Part shown: piece by piece, positions 55,722-64,000 of the stretch
Numbering within the stretch: position 1 is the stretch's first letter
How the letters are laid out: every line of letters begins with the position of its first letter
Source of the DNA: an uncultured Gemmatimonadales bacterium
GTDB lineage: Bacteria; Gemmatimonadota; Gemmatimonadetes; Longimicrobiales; RSA9
Assembly: GCA_963816355.1 (NCBI GenBank)
Contig: CAWFKH010000004.1
Coordinates: 320,001 to 384,000 of the forward strand
Direction of reading: 5' to 3'
Length of the DNA: 64,000 nt
The notes under the pieces: generated by a model
What the model was told of the DNA's origin: nothing
Database searches by the model: none
What the model saw: only the letters and a program-made list of their open reading frames with translations
Position numbers and translations under genes: made by a program

Positions 55722-57923
55722 ATGCCCGCACCATCGTTGCGCCGCGTCGTCGCGGCCCTCTTCGGTCCCGCCCGGGGCGTGGCCGCTCGTCCCGCCCGGG
55801 GCGTGGCCGCTCGACCCGCTCGGCCCGCGAACCCCGCGAACCTCGCGAACCTCGCCACGCTCGCGAGCCTCGCCGTCGCCGCGCTCGCCGCGCCGCTCGC
55901 GCTGCCGGCGGCGGTGGCGGCGCAGGCGACGCCGGGCGGCGACGTCGCATTCCGGCCGTTGAAGGTGGTGGATCCGGCGTTCGTCGACACGACGGCGGAC
56001 GCGTGCCACGACTTCGACGCCTTCGCGAACGGCGGCTGGCTCGCGCACGACACGATTCCGCCGGCGTACTCCTCTTCCGGCGTCGGGCGCGACATGCAGG
56101 ACCGCAACGAAGCGGTGGTGCGCTCGGTGCTGGAGGAAGCGGCGCGGCGCGCGCCGACGCTTCCCGAGGGTGAGACGGAGCGTAAGCTCGGCACCTTCTA
56201 CGGCACGTGCATGGACTCGGCGGCGGTGGAGCGCGCGGGCGCCGGGCCGGTGCGGCCGCTGCTGGCGGCGATCGACTCCGTCGCCACGCGGGCCGCGCTC
56301 GTCTCGACGATCGCGGAGCTGCAGCGGCGCGGCGTGCGGGTGGGCTTCGGCTACCGCGCCGAGGCCGACGCGCACGACGCGGCGCACTACATCGCGACGA
56401 TCAACCAGGGCGGCCTGGGGCTGCCGGACCGCGACTACTACACGAAGACGGACGCGCGCTCGGACTCGCTCCGCGACGCCTACGTCGACCACGTGGCGCG
56501 CCTGCTCGCGCTCGCCGGCGAGGATGCCGCGGCGGCGCGCGCCGACGCGGGTCGCGTGCTCGCGCTGGAGACGGAGCTCGCGAAGGCGTCGCTCACGCGC
56601 GTCGCGCTGCGCGATCCGGCGGCCACGGACCACCCGATGACGCCGGAGCGGCTACGCGCGCTCGCGCCGGACGTCGACTGGAACGCCTACTTCGATGCGA
56701 TCGGCGTCAGCACGCCCGTCGCTCGCATCAACGTCGCGGAGCCAGCCTTCTTCCGCGCGCTGAACCGTCTCGTGACGACGTCGCCGCTCGCCGACTGGCG
56801 CGCCTACCTGCGCTATCACGCGCTCTCGGCCGCGGCGCCGTGGCTGAGCACCCCGTTCGTGAATGAGGACTTCGCCTTCTCGTCGCGCTTCAGCGGCGCG
56901 CGGGCGCTGCTGCCGCGCTGGAAGCGGTGCCTCTCCGTCACCGACCGGATGATGGGCGAAGCGCTGGGGGAGGCGTACGTGCAGCGGACGTTCACACCGG
57001 CGGCCCGGGCGAAGGCGAAGTCGATCATCGACGACATCCGCGCGAGCTTCGCGGAGCGGCTGCGTCGCCTGGAGTGGATGTCGGACGCGACGCGCGCGCA
57101 GGCGCTCGGCAAGCTCGCGAAGATGCACGAGAAGATCGGCTACCCGGACCGGTGGCGCGACTACGCCCGGCTGCGCGTCGAGAAGGGGCCGTTCGCGGCG
57201 AACGTGCAGCGCGCGGCCGCGTTCGAGTGGGACCGCGTCGCCGACCGCCCCGGACAGCCCGTCGACACGACCGAGTGGGGCATGACCGTGCCCACGGTGA
57301 ACGCCTACTACGATCCGTCGAAGAACGAGATGGTCTTCCCCGCCGGCGCGCTGGCGCCGCAGACGTTCGACGCGGCAGCCGACGCCGCCGCCAACTACGG
57401 CTCGCTGGGCGGGAGCTGGGCCGGCCACGAGCTGACGCACGGCTTCGACGACGAGGGCCGCCACTTCGACGCGCACGGCAACCTGCGCGACTGGTGGACG
57501 CCCCAGGACTCCGCGCACTTCTCGCGCGAGGCCGCGCTCGTCGCGCGCCAGTTCGACAGCTACGTCGGCGTCGACACCGTGCACGTGAACGGCCGGCTCA
57601 CGCTGGGAGAGAACATCGCGGACTACGGCGGCCTTCTCACCGCCTACGACGCGCTCGAGCGCGCCCTCGCGCGCGACGGGCGGCCCGGCCTCATCGACGG
57701 CTACACGCCGGAGCAGCGCTTCTTCATCGCGTACGCGCAGAGCTGGCGCAGCCACATCCGGCCGGAGTCGCTGCGCAGCCGACTCGCCGTCGATCCGCAC
57801 GCGCCGGCGCACTGGAGGGTCGACGGGCCGCTCTCCAACATGCCCGCGTTCGCGAAGGCGTTCGGCTGCGAGCCGGGCGACGCGATGGTGCGCCCGGACT
57901 CGCTCGTCGCGCACATCTGGTAA
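55722..57923 (+). CDS. M13 family metallopeptidase (PepO/neprilysin-like), exported
   Basis: VNAYY, GHELTHGFDD, GENIAD and DPHAP motifs. Start uncertain. Confidence 0.95.
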   Translation: MPAPSLRRVVAALFGPARGVAARPARGVAARPARPANPANLANLATLASLAVAALAAPLALPAAVAAQATPGGDVAFRPLKVVDPAFVDTTADACHDFDAFANGGWLAHDTIPPAYSSSGVGRDMQDRNEAVVRSVLEEAARRAPTLPEGETERKLGTFYGTCMDSAAVERAGAGPVRPLLAAIDSVATRAALVSTIAELQRRGVRVGFGYRAEADAHDAAHYIATINQGGLGLPDRDYYTKTDARSDSLRDAYVDHVARLLALAGEDAAAARADAGRVLALETELAKASLTRVALRDPAATDHPMTPERLRALAPDVDWNAYFDAIGVSTPVARINVAEPAFFRALNRLVTTSPLADWRAYLRYHALSAAAPWLSTPFVNEDFAFSSRFSGARALLPRWKRCLSVTDRMMGEALGEAYVQRTFTPAARAKAKSIIDDIRASFAERLRRLEWMSDATRAQALGKLAKMHEKIGYPDRWRDYARLRVEKGPFAANVQRAAAFEWDRVADRPGQPVDTTEWGMTVPTVNAYYDPSKNEMVFPAGALAPQTFDAAADAAANYGSLGGSWAGHELTHGFDDEGRHFDAHGNLRDWWTPQDSAHFSREAALVARQFDSYVGVDTVHVNGRLTLGENIADYGGLLTAYDALERALARDGRPGLIDGYTPEQRFFIAYAQSWRSHIRPESLRSRLAVDPHAPAHWRVDGPLSNMPAFAKAFGCEPGDAMVRPDSLVAHIW
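55767..55853 (+). repeat. Short in-frame tandem repeats ahead of the M13 signal peptide
   Basis: 24-bp CCCGCCCGGGGCGTGGCCGCTCG(T/A) twice, then 9-bp CGCGAACC(C/T) three times. Confidence 0.7.
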
Positions 57924-57954
57924 GGCGAGCGCGGCGCGCGGCCACCGCGCCAGT

Positions 57955-58863
57955 TCAGCGCGAGGGCGCGCCTCCCATCTTCTCCCGCAGCGCGTGGCGG
58001 ACGAAGGCGGCCGGCGGATTGTGGGCGCCGGCGAGGTCGTACGCCTTCGCGTAGAGCGCCTGCGCCTCCTCGTTCCGGCCCATGCGGTCGTAGGTCATCG
58101 CGAGGAGCCAGTGCATGAAGGGGTCGCGGTCGTTGCCGCGCAGCGCGAGCGCCTTCGTCAGCTCCGCCTCCGCCCTGGCGACGTCTCCGGTGTAGAGCGC
58201 GACGTAGCCCACGAGGTAGGGGAAGAAGCGCTCCTGCTGCGCCGCCATGGCGGAGTCGCCGTCCAGGATGGCGCGCGCCCGTGCCACCTGCCGCTGCGCC
58301 TCGGGCGCGTCGCCGCGGCGCGCGGCGATGCGGCCGAGCGCGTGCGCGAGGCGGTAGTCCCAGAGGCTCTGCGCGTGCGTGCGCGGCTCCGGCTCCTTCA
58401 GACCCAGCTCGTGGCCCTTGCGGTACCACGCCTCGCCGGCGTCGAGGTCGCCCGCGTCGACGCACACGCGCGCGCCCTCGTCGGCCATCTCCCCCTCCTG
58501 ATAGAACGCGTTCTGCGGCTCCGCCGCCTCGCGCGTCTTCCAGTAGTCGATCACCATCTGCTCGTACTTCAACGTGCCGGCGCAGTCGCCGTCGAACGCG
58601 TACGACATCGCCATCGCGCGCCGCGCCGCCGCTTTCGCCGCCGGATCGGACGCGGAGTCGATCACCGTCCGGATCAGCGCGCGCGCGGCGGAGGTCGAGC
58701 CCTCGAGGTCGAGCCGCGCGGCGCGCCGCAGCGGGGTGTCGGCGTCGTCGCCGGGGCGCTGCGCGCGGGCGGCGGCCGGCGCGAGCGCCGTCCCGGCGAA
58801 GGCGCCCGCCAGCGCGGCGATCGTGAAGAGGCGCGTCGGATGGAGCGGAGCGGTTCTGGCCAT
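57955..58863 (-). CDS. Exported tetratricopeptide repeat protein
   Basis: Signal peptide ARAQ; helical TPR-like repeats ([23 protein letters not shown]). Confidence 0.75.
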   Translation of the reverse strand: MARTAPLHPTRLFTIAALAGAFAGTALAPAAARAQRPGDDADTPLRRAARLDLEGSTSAARALIRTVIDSASDPAAKAAARRAMAMSYAFDGDCAGTLKYEQMVIDYWKTREAAEPQNAFYQEGEMADEGARVCVDAGDLDAGEAWYRKGHELGLKEPEPRTHAQSLWDYRLAHALGRIAARRGDAPEAQRQVARARAILDGDSAMAAQQERFFPYLVGYVALYTGDVARAEAELTKALALRGNDRDPFMHWLLAMTYDRMGRNEEAQALYAKAYDLAGAHNPPAAFVRHALREKMGGAPSR

Positions 58864-59093
58864 CGGGTCCCCCGTTTCGGATCCGCGGATGGGTGCCGGC
58901 GTCGCCGGCGGGCGGCCGACGACGTGCGCTGCGCGACGACGATGCACGATCGGTCCCCGGCTGGCCCCCGGTCAAGCCTGGAGCGCAGAGCGAAAGCATT
59001 TCACGCAGAGGGCGCCGGGGACGCAGAGGCCCGATCGGCGCGGGGAGGATCCTCCCGGTTTACGCGGGTGCGCCCCCGCGCTATCATCCGGCC

Positions 59094-59510
59094 ATGGCAA
59101 AGGTTACGAAGTCCGACGAGGAGTGGCGTCGCGAGCTGACGCCGGAGCAGTACCGTGTCCTCCGCCAGAAGGGGACGGAGGCGCCGTTCACGGGGGAATA
59201 CGACCCCGTGTTCGAGCCGGGGACGTACCGCTGCGCGGGGTGCGGCGCGGAGCTGTTCGCGTCCGACGCGAAGTACGATTCCGGCTGCGGCTGGCCGGCC
59301 TTCTCCGAGCCCGCATCCGGCGAAGCGATCGACGAGCGGAAGGACCTCGGCCACGGAATGGTGCGCACGGAGGTCCTCTGCTCGCGCTGCGGCGGCCATC
59401 TCGGCCACGTCTTCCCCGACGGCCCGCGCCCGGCAGGGCTGCGCTACTGCATCAACTCCGCCGCGCTGCGGCTGGAGCGGCAGGCGGACGGATCGTCGCC
59501 GGACGAATAG
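59094..59510 (+). CDS. msrB: Peptide-methionine (R)-S-oxide reductase
   Basis: [36 protein letters not shown]. Confidence 0.97.
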   Translation: MAKVTKSDEEWRRELTPEQYRVLRQKGTEAPFTGEYDPVFEPGTYRCAGCGAELFASDAKYDSGCGWPAFSEPASGEAIDERKDLGHGMVRTEVLCSRCGGHLGHVFPDGPRPAGLRYCINSAALRLERQADGSSPDE

Positions 59511-59532
59511 GGCTCAGGGCCCGCCGAGGCGA

Positions 59533-59572
59533 GCGGCTGACGCGGACGCGACGCGGCTGACGCGGACGCGAC
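59533..59572. repeat. 20-bp perfect tandem duplication between convergent msr genes
   Basis: GCGGCTGACGCGGACGCGAC twice. Confidence 0.85.
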
Positions 59573-59577
59573 GCGGC

Positions 59578-60291
59578 TTACTTCGAGGACGCCGTCTCCG
59601 CGCTCCACTCCACCGGCCGCTCCCGCCACAGCGCCGGGAACTCCCGCTTCAACGCCTCCACCTTGGGGATGTCGTTGATGACGATGTAGGGCTGGTGGGG
59701 GTGGTGGATCAGGTAGTCCTGGTGGTAGCGCTCGGCCGCGAAGAAGCCGTGCAGCGGATTCACCTCGGTCACGATCGGGCGGGAGAAGGTGCCCGCCTTC
59801 GTGAGCTGCCGGATGTACGCCTTCGCGGCGCGCGCCTGCGCGTCCGTCGTGTACCAGATCGCCGAGCGGTACTGCGTGCCGTGGTCCGGACCCTGGCGGT
59901 TGAGCTGCGTCGGGTCGTGCACGACGGAGAAGAACACCTGCAGCAGATCCGCGAAGGAGACCTGCGCGGGATCGTACACGACGCGCACCGACTCCGCGTG
60001 GCCGGTCTCGCCGGTGCTCACCTCCGGGTACGTCGCCGTGGCGCCGCCGCCGCCCGCGTAACCGGCCGTCGCGCCGAGCACGCCCTCCACGTGCTCGAAG
60101 ACCGCCTGCACGCCCCAGAAGCAGCCGCCCGAGAAGACGACCGTCTCCTGACCCCCGGACGACGTCGCATCCGCCAGCGGCGCCGGCGCAGCGGCCGCCC
60201 GGCCTGCCGCGCCGCTCGCGCCGCCGAGGAACAGCGCCGCCGCCACCGCGCCCGCGAGCGCGCCGTCCACAGCCAATCGCTTCGTCGTCAT
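59578..60291 (-). CDS. msrA: Peptide-methionine (S)-S-oxide reductase, probably exported
   Basis: GGCFWG, TGHAE, RQGPD.GTQYRS, AERYHQDY; hydrophobic N-terminus. Confidence 0.96.
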   Translation of the reverse strand: MTTKRLAVDGALAGAVAAALFLGGASGAAGRAAAAPAPLADATSSGGQETVVFSGGCFWGVQAVFEHVEGVLGATAGYAGGGGATATYPEVSTGETGHAESVRVVYDPAQVSFADLLQVFFSVVHDPTQLNRQGPDHGTQYRSAIWYTTDAQARAAKAYIRQLTKAGTFSRPIVTEVNPLHGFFAAERYHQDYLIHHPHQPYIVINDIPKVEALKREFPALWRERPVEWSAETASSK

Positions 60292-60421
60292 CCGTACCGC
60301 CTCCGCTGGGGATTCCCACGGTTGGTACGGCGCCCCCTCCGCGCGTGTTCCGCCGCGCGCCCGGGGCGCGTGTTCGCCTCGCGCTCTCGCGGCCGCCGCG
60401 CGCCTACGCCCCGGCGGCCGC

Positions 60422-60982
60422 CTACGCCCCGGTGGCCGCGGGCAGCCGCGTCCACGCGTCGACGGCGATGCGCCAGACGCCGTCGTCGCCCCGCACCCAC
60501 ACGATCACGTACTTGCCGCGGAACGGATCGAGCGGCACCCCGCCACGGGCGGCCTGCCCCTCGTAATAGCCCCAGTCGTACGCCTGGTCGCCCGATACGC
60601 GGATCTCGACCGGCGTGGACACGTGCCGCAGGACGGTTCGACCCGCCGGCAGCACCCAGAGCGAGTCCAACGCGGGCCGGCCGCGAACGAAGTCGCGCTC
60701 GCCCGGCGCCGCGACCGCGCCGGGAGCGTAGATCGCCAGCAGCGCCGCCGTGTCGCCCCGCACGTATGCGTCCGAGAATCGCCGCGACTGGCGCCGGATC
60801 GCGGCCTCCGCCGACGACGCGTCCGCCGTGTCGGGCGCGGCGCCGGCCGCGGCCGACGAGGCGCCGGGAGCGTCGCCGCGCGCGCACCCGGCGGCGGCGG
60901 CCAGCACGATCGGCAGGAGGAGGCGGTGCGCCGTCCGGGGCGTCGCGCGGCGGCGCGGGCGTGAGGGTGAAGACGGTCCCAT
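60422..60982 (-). CDS. DUF4440/NTF2-like lipoprotein
   Basis: AAGC lipobox-like; SGDQAYDWG, GKYVIVWVRGDDGVWRI. Confidence 0.82.
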   Translation of the reverse strand: MGPSSPSRPRRRATPRTAHRLLLPIVLAAAAGCARGDAPGASSAAAGAAPDTADASSAEAAIRRQSRRFSDAYVRGDTAALLAIYAPGAVAAPGERDFVRGRPALDSLWVLPAGRTVLRHVSTPVEIRVSGDQAYDWGYYEGQAARGGVPLDPFRGKYVIVWVRGDDGVWRIAVDAWTRLPAATGA

Positions 60983-61085
60983 GCGGAAACCTCGCGGGCT
61001 CGATCGGGAGTGAAGGCGCGCGACGGACGCGCCGACGAAAGGGTCGCACGGTAACCGGCCGCGCGCCCCCGCGCCATGCGCGCCC

Positions 61086-61448
61086 CTACTCCGACCGCAG
61101 CGCCTCGGTGGCCTCCACCGCGAGCGCGCGTCGAGCCGGGATCCACCCGGCGACGATCGCGACCGCCACGAGCGTCGCCGCCACGCCGCCGAAGACGAGC
61201 GGATCGTAGGCGGCCGTCTGGAAGAGAAACGGACGGAGCCAGTGCACGCCGAGCGCCGCGGCGGCGACCCCGATCGCGACGCCGGCCAGGGCCAGCACCG
61301 CGCCGCCCCGGATCACCATCCGCCGGATCTGGACGTCCGTGGCGCCGATCGCCCTGCGGATCCCGATCTCGCGCCGCCGCCAGGCGACCATGTACGCCAT
61401 CAGCCCGAAAACGGGGTCTTGCCACCCCGGCCGCGGCCCCAGCCTCAT
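61086..61448 (-). pseudogene. Truncated ADOP/FtsX-type permease (last FtsX domain only)
   Basis: 120-aa ORF: short leader, then FGLMAYMVAWRRREIGIRRAIGA...WIPARRALAVEATEALRSE. ATGA overlap with padR. Confidence 0.7.
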
Positions 61449-61792
61449 CCGCGGCCCGCCTCGGGCGCCTGCGTCAGCAGATCCGTCATCAGCTCGCCGT
61501 AGCGCAGCCACCAGCTCGTCTGCTCCGCCAGTCGCGCCCGCCCCTCCGCCGTGATCCGGTAGTAGCGCGCCCGCCGATTCTCCGCCGTCATCCCCCACTC
61601 CGCCTCCACCCAGCCTCGCTTCTCCATCCGGTACAGCGCCTGGTACAGCGCCGCATCCTCCAGCGCCAGACGACGTCCCGAGCGCTCCTCCAGCCACCGC
61701 GTGACCTCGAACCCGTGCATCGCCTGCCACGTCAGCGCCTTCAGCACCAGCACGTCCAACGTCCCCTTCACCACCGACAGCGGCTCCTCCAT
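61445..61792 (-). CDS. PadR family regulator (acidobacterial type)
   Basis: KGTLDVLVLKAL..MHGF..LYQALYRME..WG.TAENRRARYY.IT..G. Confidence 0.95.
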   Translation of the reverse strand: MEEPLSVVKGTLDVLVLKALTWQAMHGFEVTRWLEERSGRRLALEDAALYQALYRMEKRGWVEAEWGMTAENRRARYYRITAEGRARLAEQTSWWLRYGELMTDLLTQAPEAGRG

Positions 61793-61812
61793 GGCCTCGC
61801 TCCTCGTCATTC

Positions 61813-61829
61813 ATCTAAGACTCTTGGAT
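61813..61829. promoter_or_regulatory. Probable PadR operator
   Basis: ATCTAAGA-C-TCTTGGAT, palindrome with one mismatch, AT-rich, just upstream of the padR RBS. Confidence 0.6.
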
Positions 61830-62109
61830 AAGGCGAACGGTTGGAATCCGCCAGGGGGACGAGCGGAAGAGAGGCGCCGGCATGGCGCCGGCGGGGGGCG
61901 AGCGGCAAGTCTGGGCGCCGGCTCGAGCGGTCGGGGCGCCCTTGCCCGGGGCATCGAGGGACGCGCATCTTTCGGTGTCGACATCTCCCCCCCGTGGTCG
62001 CGTCCCGAGCGACGCCTCGCCGGAGCGGTTGCATGGCTTCACCCCCGAGGTGGCCGAGCCCTCCTGTCCGGCTTCCGGACCGGCCGGCCGCGCCATCGGC
62101 GGGACCGGG

Positions 62110-63885
62110 ATGAGAGGGCCGTCGTCCGCGCTCGATCGATTCCTGCACGAGGTCTATCGACGTCGCCTGCTGTCGGCCGCCGGCACCTACACGATCGTCT
62201 GCTGGTTCCTCGTCCAGGTCGCGGCGACGGCGGTGCCGCTCTTCGGGCTGCCGGAGTGGACGGTGCGCGCGGGGCTCGCGCTCACCGTGCTCGGTCTGCC
62301 GATCGTGCTGGGCGCGGCGTGGCTGGTCAACGCGCACGCGCCTGCGGCGGGAGGGGACGGACCGCTCGCGGCAGGGGGGAGCGAGGAAGGGGGCGGGGCG
62401 GCGCCGCGGGTGAGCCGCGGCTTCTTCACGGTGCTGGTCGCGCTGGTCCTGCTCGGCGCCATCGCGTGGATCTATCGCGTGAAGGTTCCGCTGTCGGGTG
62501 GCGGGGGCGCGCAGGACGCGCCGGCGTCGCCGCGCACGGTCGCGGTGCTCCCGTTCGCGACGCTGAGCGAGAGCCGCGACGACGCCTACTTCAGCGACGG
62601 CGTGACCGAGGAGATCATGAACGCGGTCGCGCAGATTCCGGGCGTGAGCGTCGTTGCACGGAGCGCGTCCTTCGCGTTCCGCGAGCGGCCGGACCTGGAC
62701 GAGATCCGGGCGCAGACGGGGGCGGGGAGCGCGCTCGAGGGCAGCGTGCGGCGCGCCGGCGACCGCGTCCGCGTGGACGTCGCGCTGGTGGACACGCGCA
62801 CGCACCGGCGGGTGTGGGCCGCGGACTACGATCGACGGCTGCGGGACATCTTCGCGCTCGAGGATGAGATCGCGCGTGCGGTCGCGAGCGCGCTCGCGGT
62901 GGAGCTGACGACGCCGGCGGCGCGCTCGATCGGGACGCAGAACGTGCCGGCGCACGACCTCTACCTGCTCGGCCTCTACCACTGGAACCGGCGTACCGGG
63001 CCGGAGATCCGGCAGGCCGTCGACTATTTCGAGCGGGCGGTCGAGGCCGATTCGTCCTTCGCGCTCGCCTACGCCGGTCTCGCCGCCGCGAACGTGCTGC
63101 TGCCGCTGTACGCGGACGTGCCGGGCGACGACGCCTATCCGCGCGCCCGCGACGCCGCCGAAAGGGCGCTCGCGCTGGACGACCGGCTCGCCGAGGCGCA
63201 CACGGCGCTCGCCAACGTGCTCATGATCTACCGCTGGGACTGGGAAGCCGCGGACGCGGAGTTCCGCCGCGCCATCGCGCTCGACTCGACCTACGCCACG
63301 GCGCACGAGTGGCGGGGTCTGTTGCTGGACGGGATCGGACGCCACGAGGAGGCGGCGGCGGAGTTCCGGCGCGCGCGCGCCGCCGACCCGGCGTCGCTGA
63401 TCATCGTGGTCGCGGGCGGTCTGCACGAGGCGATCGTCGCCCGCCAGGACTCGGCTGCGGCGGCCTACCGGCGGGCGCTCGATCGGCAGCCGGATTTCCC
63501 CGTCGCGCTCTCGCTTCTCGCGGAATCCGAAGCGATCACGGGCAACGTGGACGCCGCGCGCGCCGCGCTCGAGCGGTGGGCCGCGCTGCGGCGCGTGGAT
63601 CCGGCGGTGGCGGTGGCGCTGGCGGCCGGGATCGGCGACCCGGCCGCGCTGGCGGCGGGGCGGAAGGCGCTCGCGAGCGCCGCGCTGCGCAGCCGCATGA
63701 AGCCGTTCGACATCGCGGTATGGGCGTCGCTGCTGGGCGACACGGCGGGCGCGCTGTCCGCGCTCGAGCGCGGCGCCGTCGAACACGACTACCTCTCCTT
63801 CAGCGCCGCCGTGCACCCCGCGTTCCAGGCGCTGCGCGGCTCGCCCCGCTACCGGGCGCTGCTCGCCCGCATGCACCTGCACTGA
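62110..63885 (+). CDS. Membrane protein with TolB-like domain and TPR repeats
   Basis: 3 TM, VAVLPF..YFSDGVTEEI..ARSASFAF..LEGSVRR, AHDLYLLG, WDWEAA. Confidence 0.9.
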   Translation: MRGPSSALDRFLHEVYRRRLLSAAGTYTIVCWFLVQVAATAVPLFGLPEWTVRAGLALTVLGLPIVLGAAWLVNAHAPAAGGDGPLAAGGSEEGGGAAPRVSRGFFTVLVALVLLGAIAWIYRVKVPLSGGGGAQDAPASPRTVAVLPFATLSESRDDAYFSDGVTEEIMNAVAQIPGVSVVARSASFAFRERPDLDEIRAQTGAGSALEGSVRRAGDRVRVDVALVDTRTHRRVWAADYDRRLRDIFALEDEIARAVASALAVELTTPAARSIGTQNVPAHDLYLLGLYHWNRRTGPEIRQAVDYFERAVEADSSFALAYAGLAAANVLLPLYADVPGDDAYPRARDAAERALALDDRLAEAHTALANVLMIYRWDWEAADAEFRRAIALDSTYATAHEWRGLLLDGIGRHEEAAAEFRRARAADPASLIIVVAGGLHEAIVARQDSAAAAYRRALDRQPDFPVALSLLAESEAITGNVDAARAALERWAALRRVDPAVAVALAAGIGDPAALAAGRKALASAALRSRMKPFDIAVWASLLGDTAGALSALERGAVEHDYLSFSAAVHPAFQALRGSPRYRALLARMHLH

Positions 63886-63930
63886 TCCGGAGCGGCGTTC
63901 TCGCGACGGCGGCTGCCCCGGGCGCGGGCG

Positions 63931-64000
63931 CTACGGATCCACGTGGAGGACGGTCATCATGCCGGATCCGAGGTGCTCGGCGATGTGGCAGTGCAGCATC
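63931..64000 (-). CDS. Multicopper oxidase, C-terminal end (partial)
   Basis: Manual translation MLHCHIAEHLGSGMMTVLHVDP*, matching HCHxxxHxxxxM. Confidence 0.88.
   Translation of the reverse strand, partial: MLHCHIAEHLGSGMMTVLHVDP

Overview
High-GC chromosomal segment with about 55 genes. No rRNA, tRNA, CRISPR array or mobile element was recognised. The gene-family mix (PadR + ADOP-type permease, BlaI + M56, ECF sigma + TPR Ser/Thr kinase, TolB-like TPR protein) suggests Gemmatimonadota or a related lineage; this is inference. The main feature is a 9.4-kb respiratory locus (24.6-33.9 kb) of two convergent operons encoding four multiheme c-type cytochromes (11, 14, 21+1 and 9 heme motifs), a CbcL/FdnI-type cytochrome b, and a Rieske/cytochrome b pair. 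The Rieske-fold protein has lost all four 2Fe-2S ligands and its twin-arginine motif but keeps the disulfide cysteines. The partner cytochrome b keeps all four heme His but has lost the Qo-site PEWY motif. Both operons carry the same tandem upstream boxes. This points to a rewired, iron-sulfur-free bc-like complex coupled to multiheme wires. The rest of the window holds a TetR-LolA-like-ABC operon, a secreted tandem M42 peptidase, ArsR-TrxC, a hybrid kinase, glgP, cysK, two ECF modules, CoA-transferase, aquaporin, M13 peptidase and msrA/msrB. Seven single-base indels break six genes and are most likely sequencing errors.
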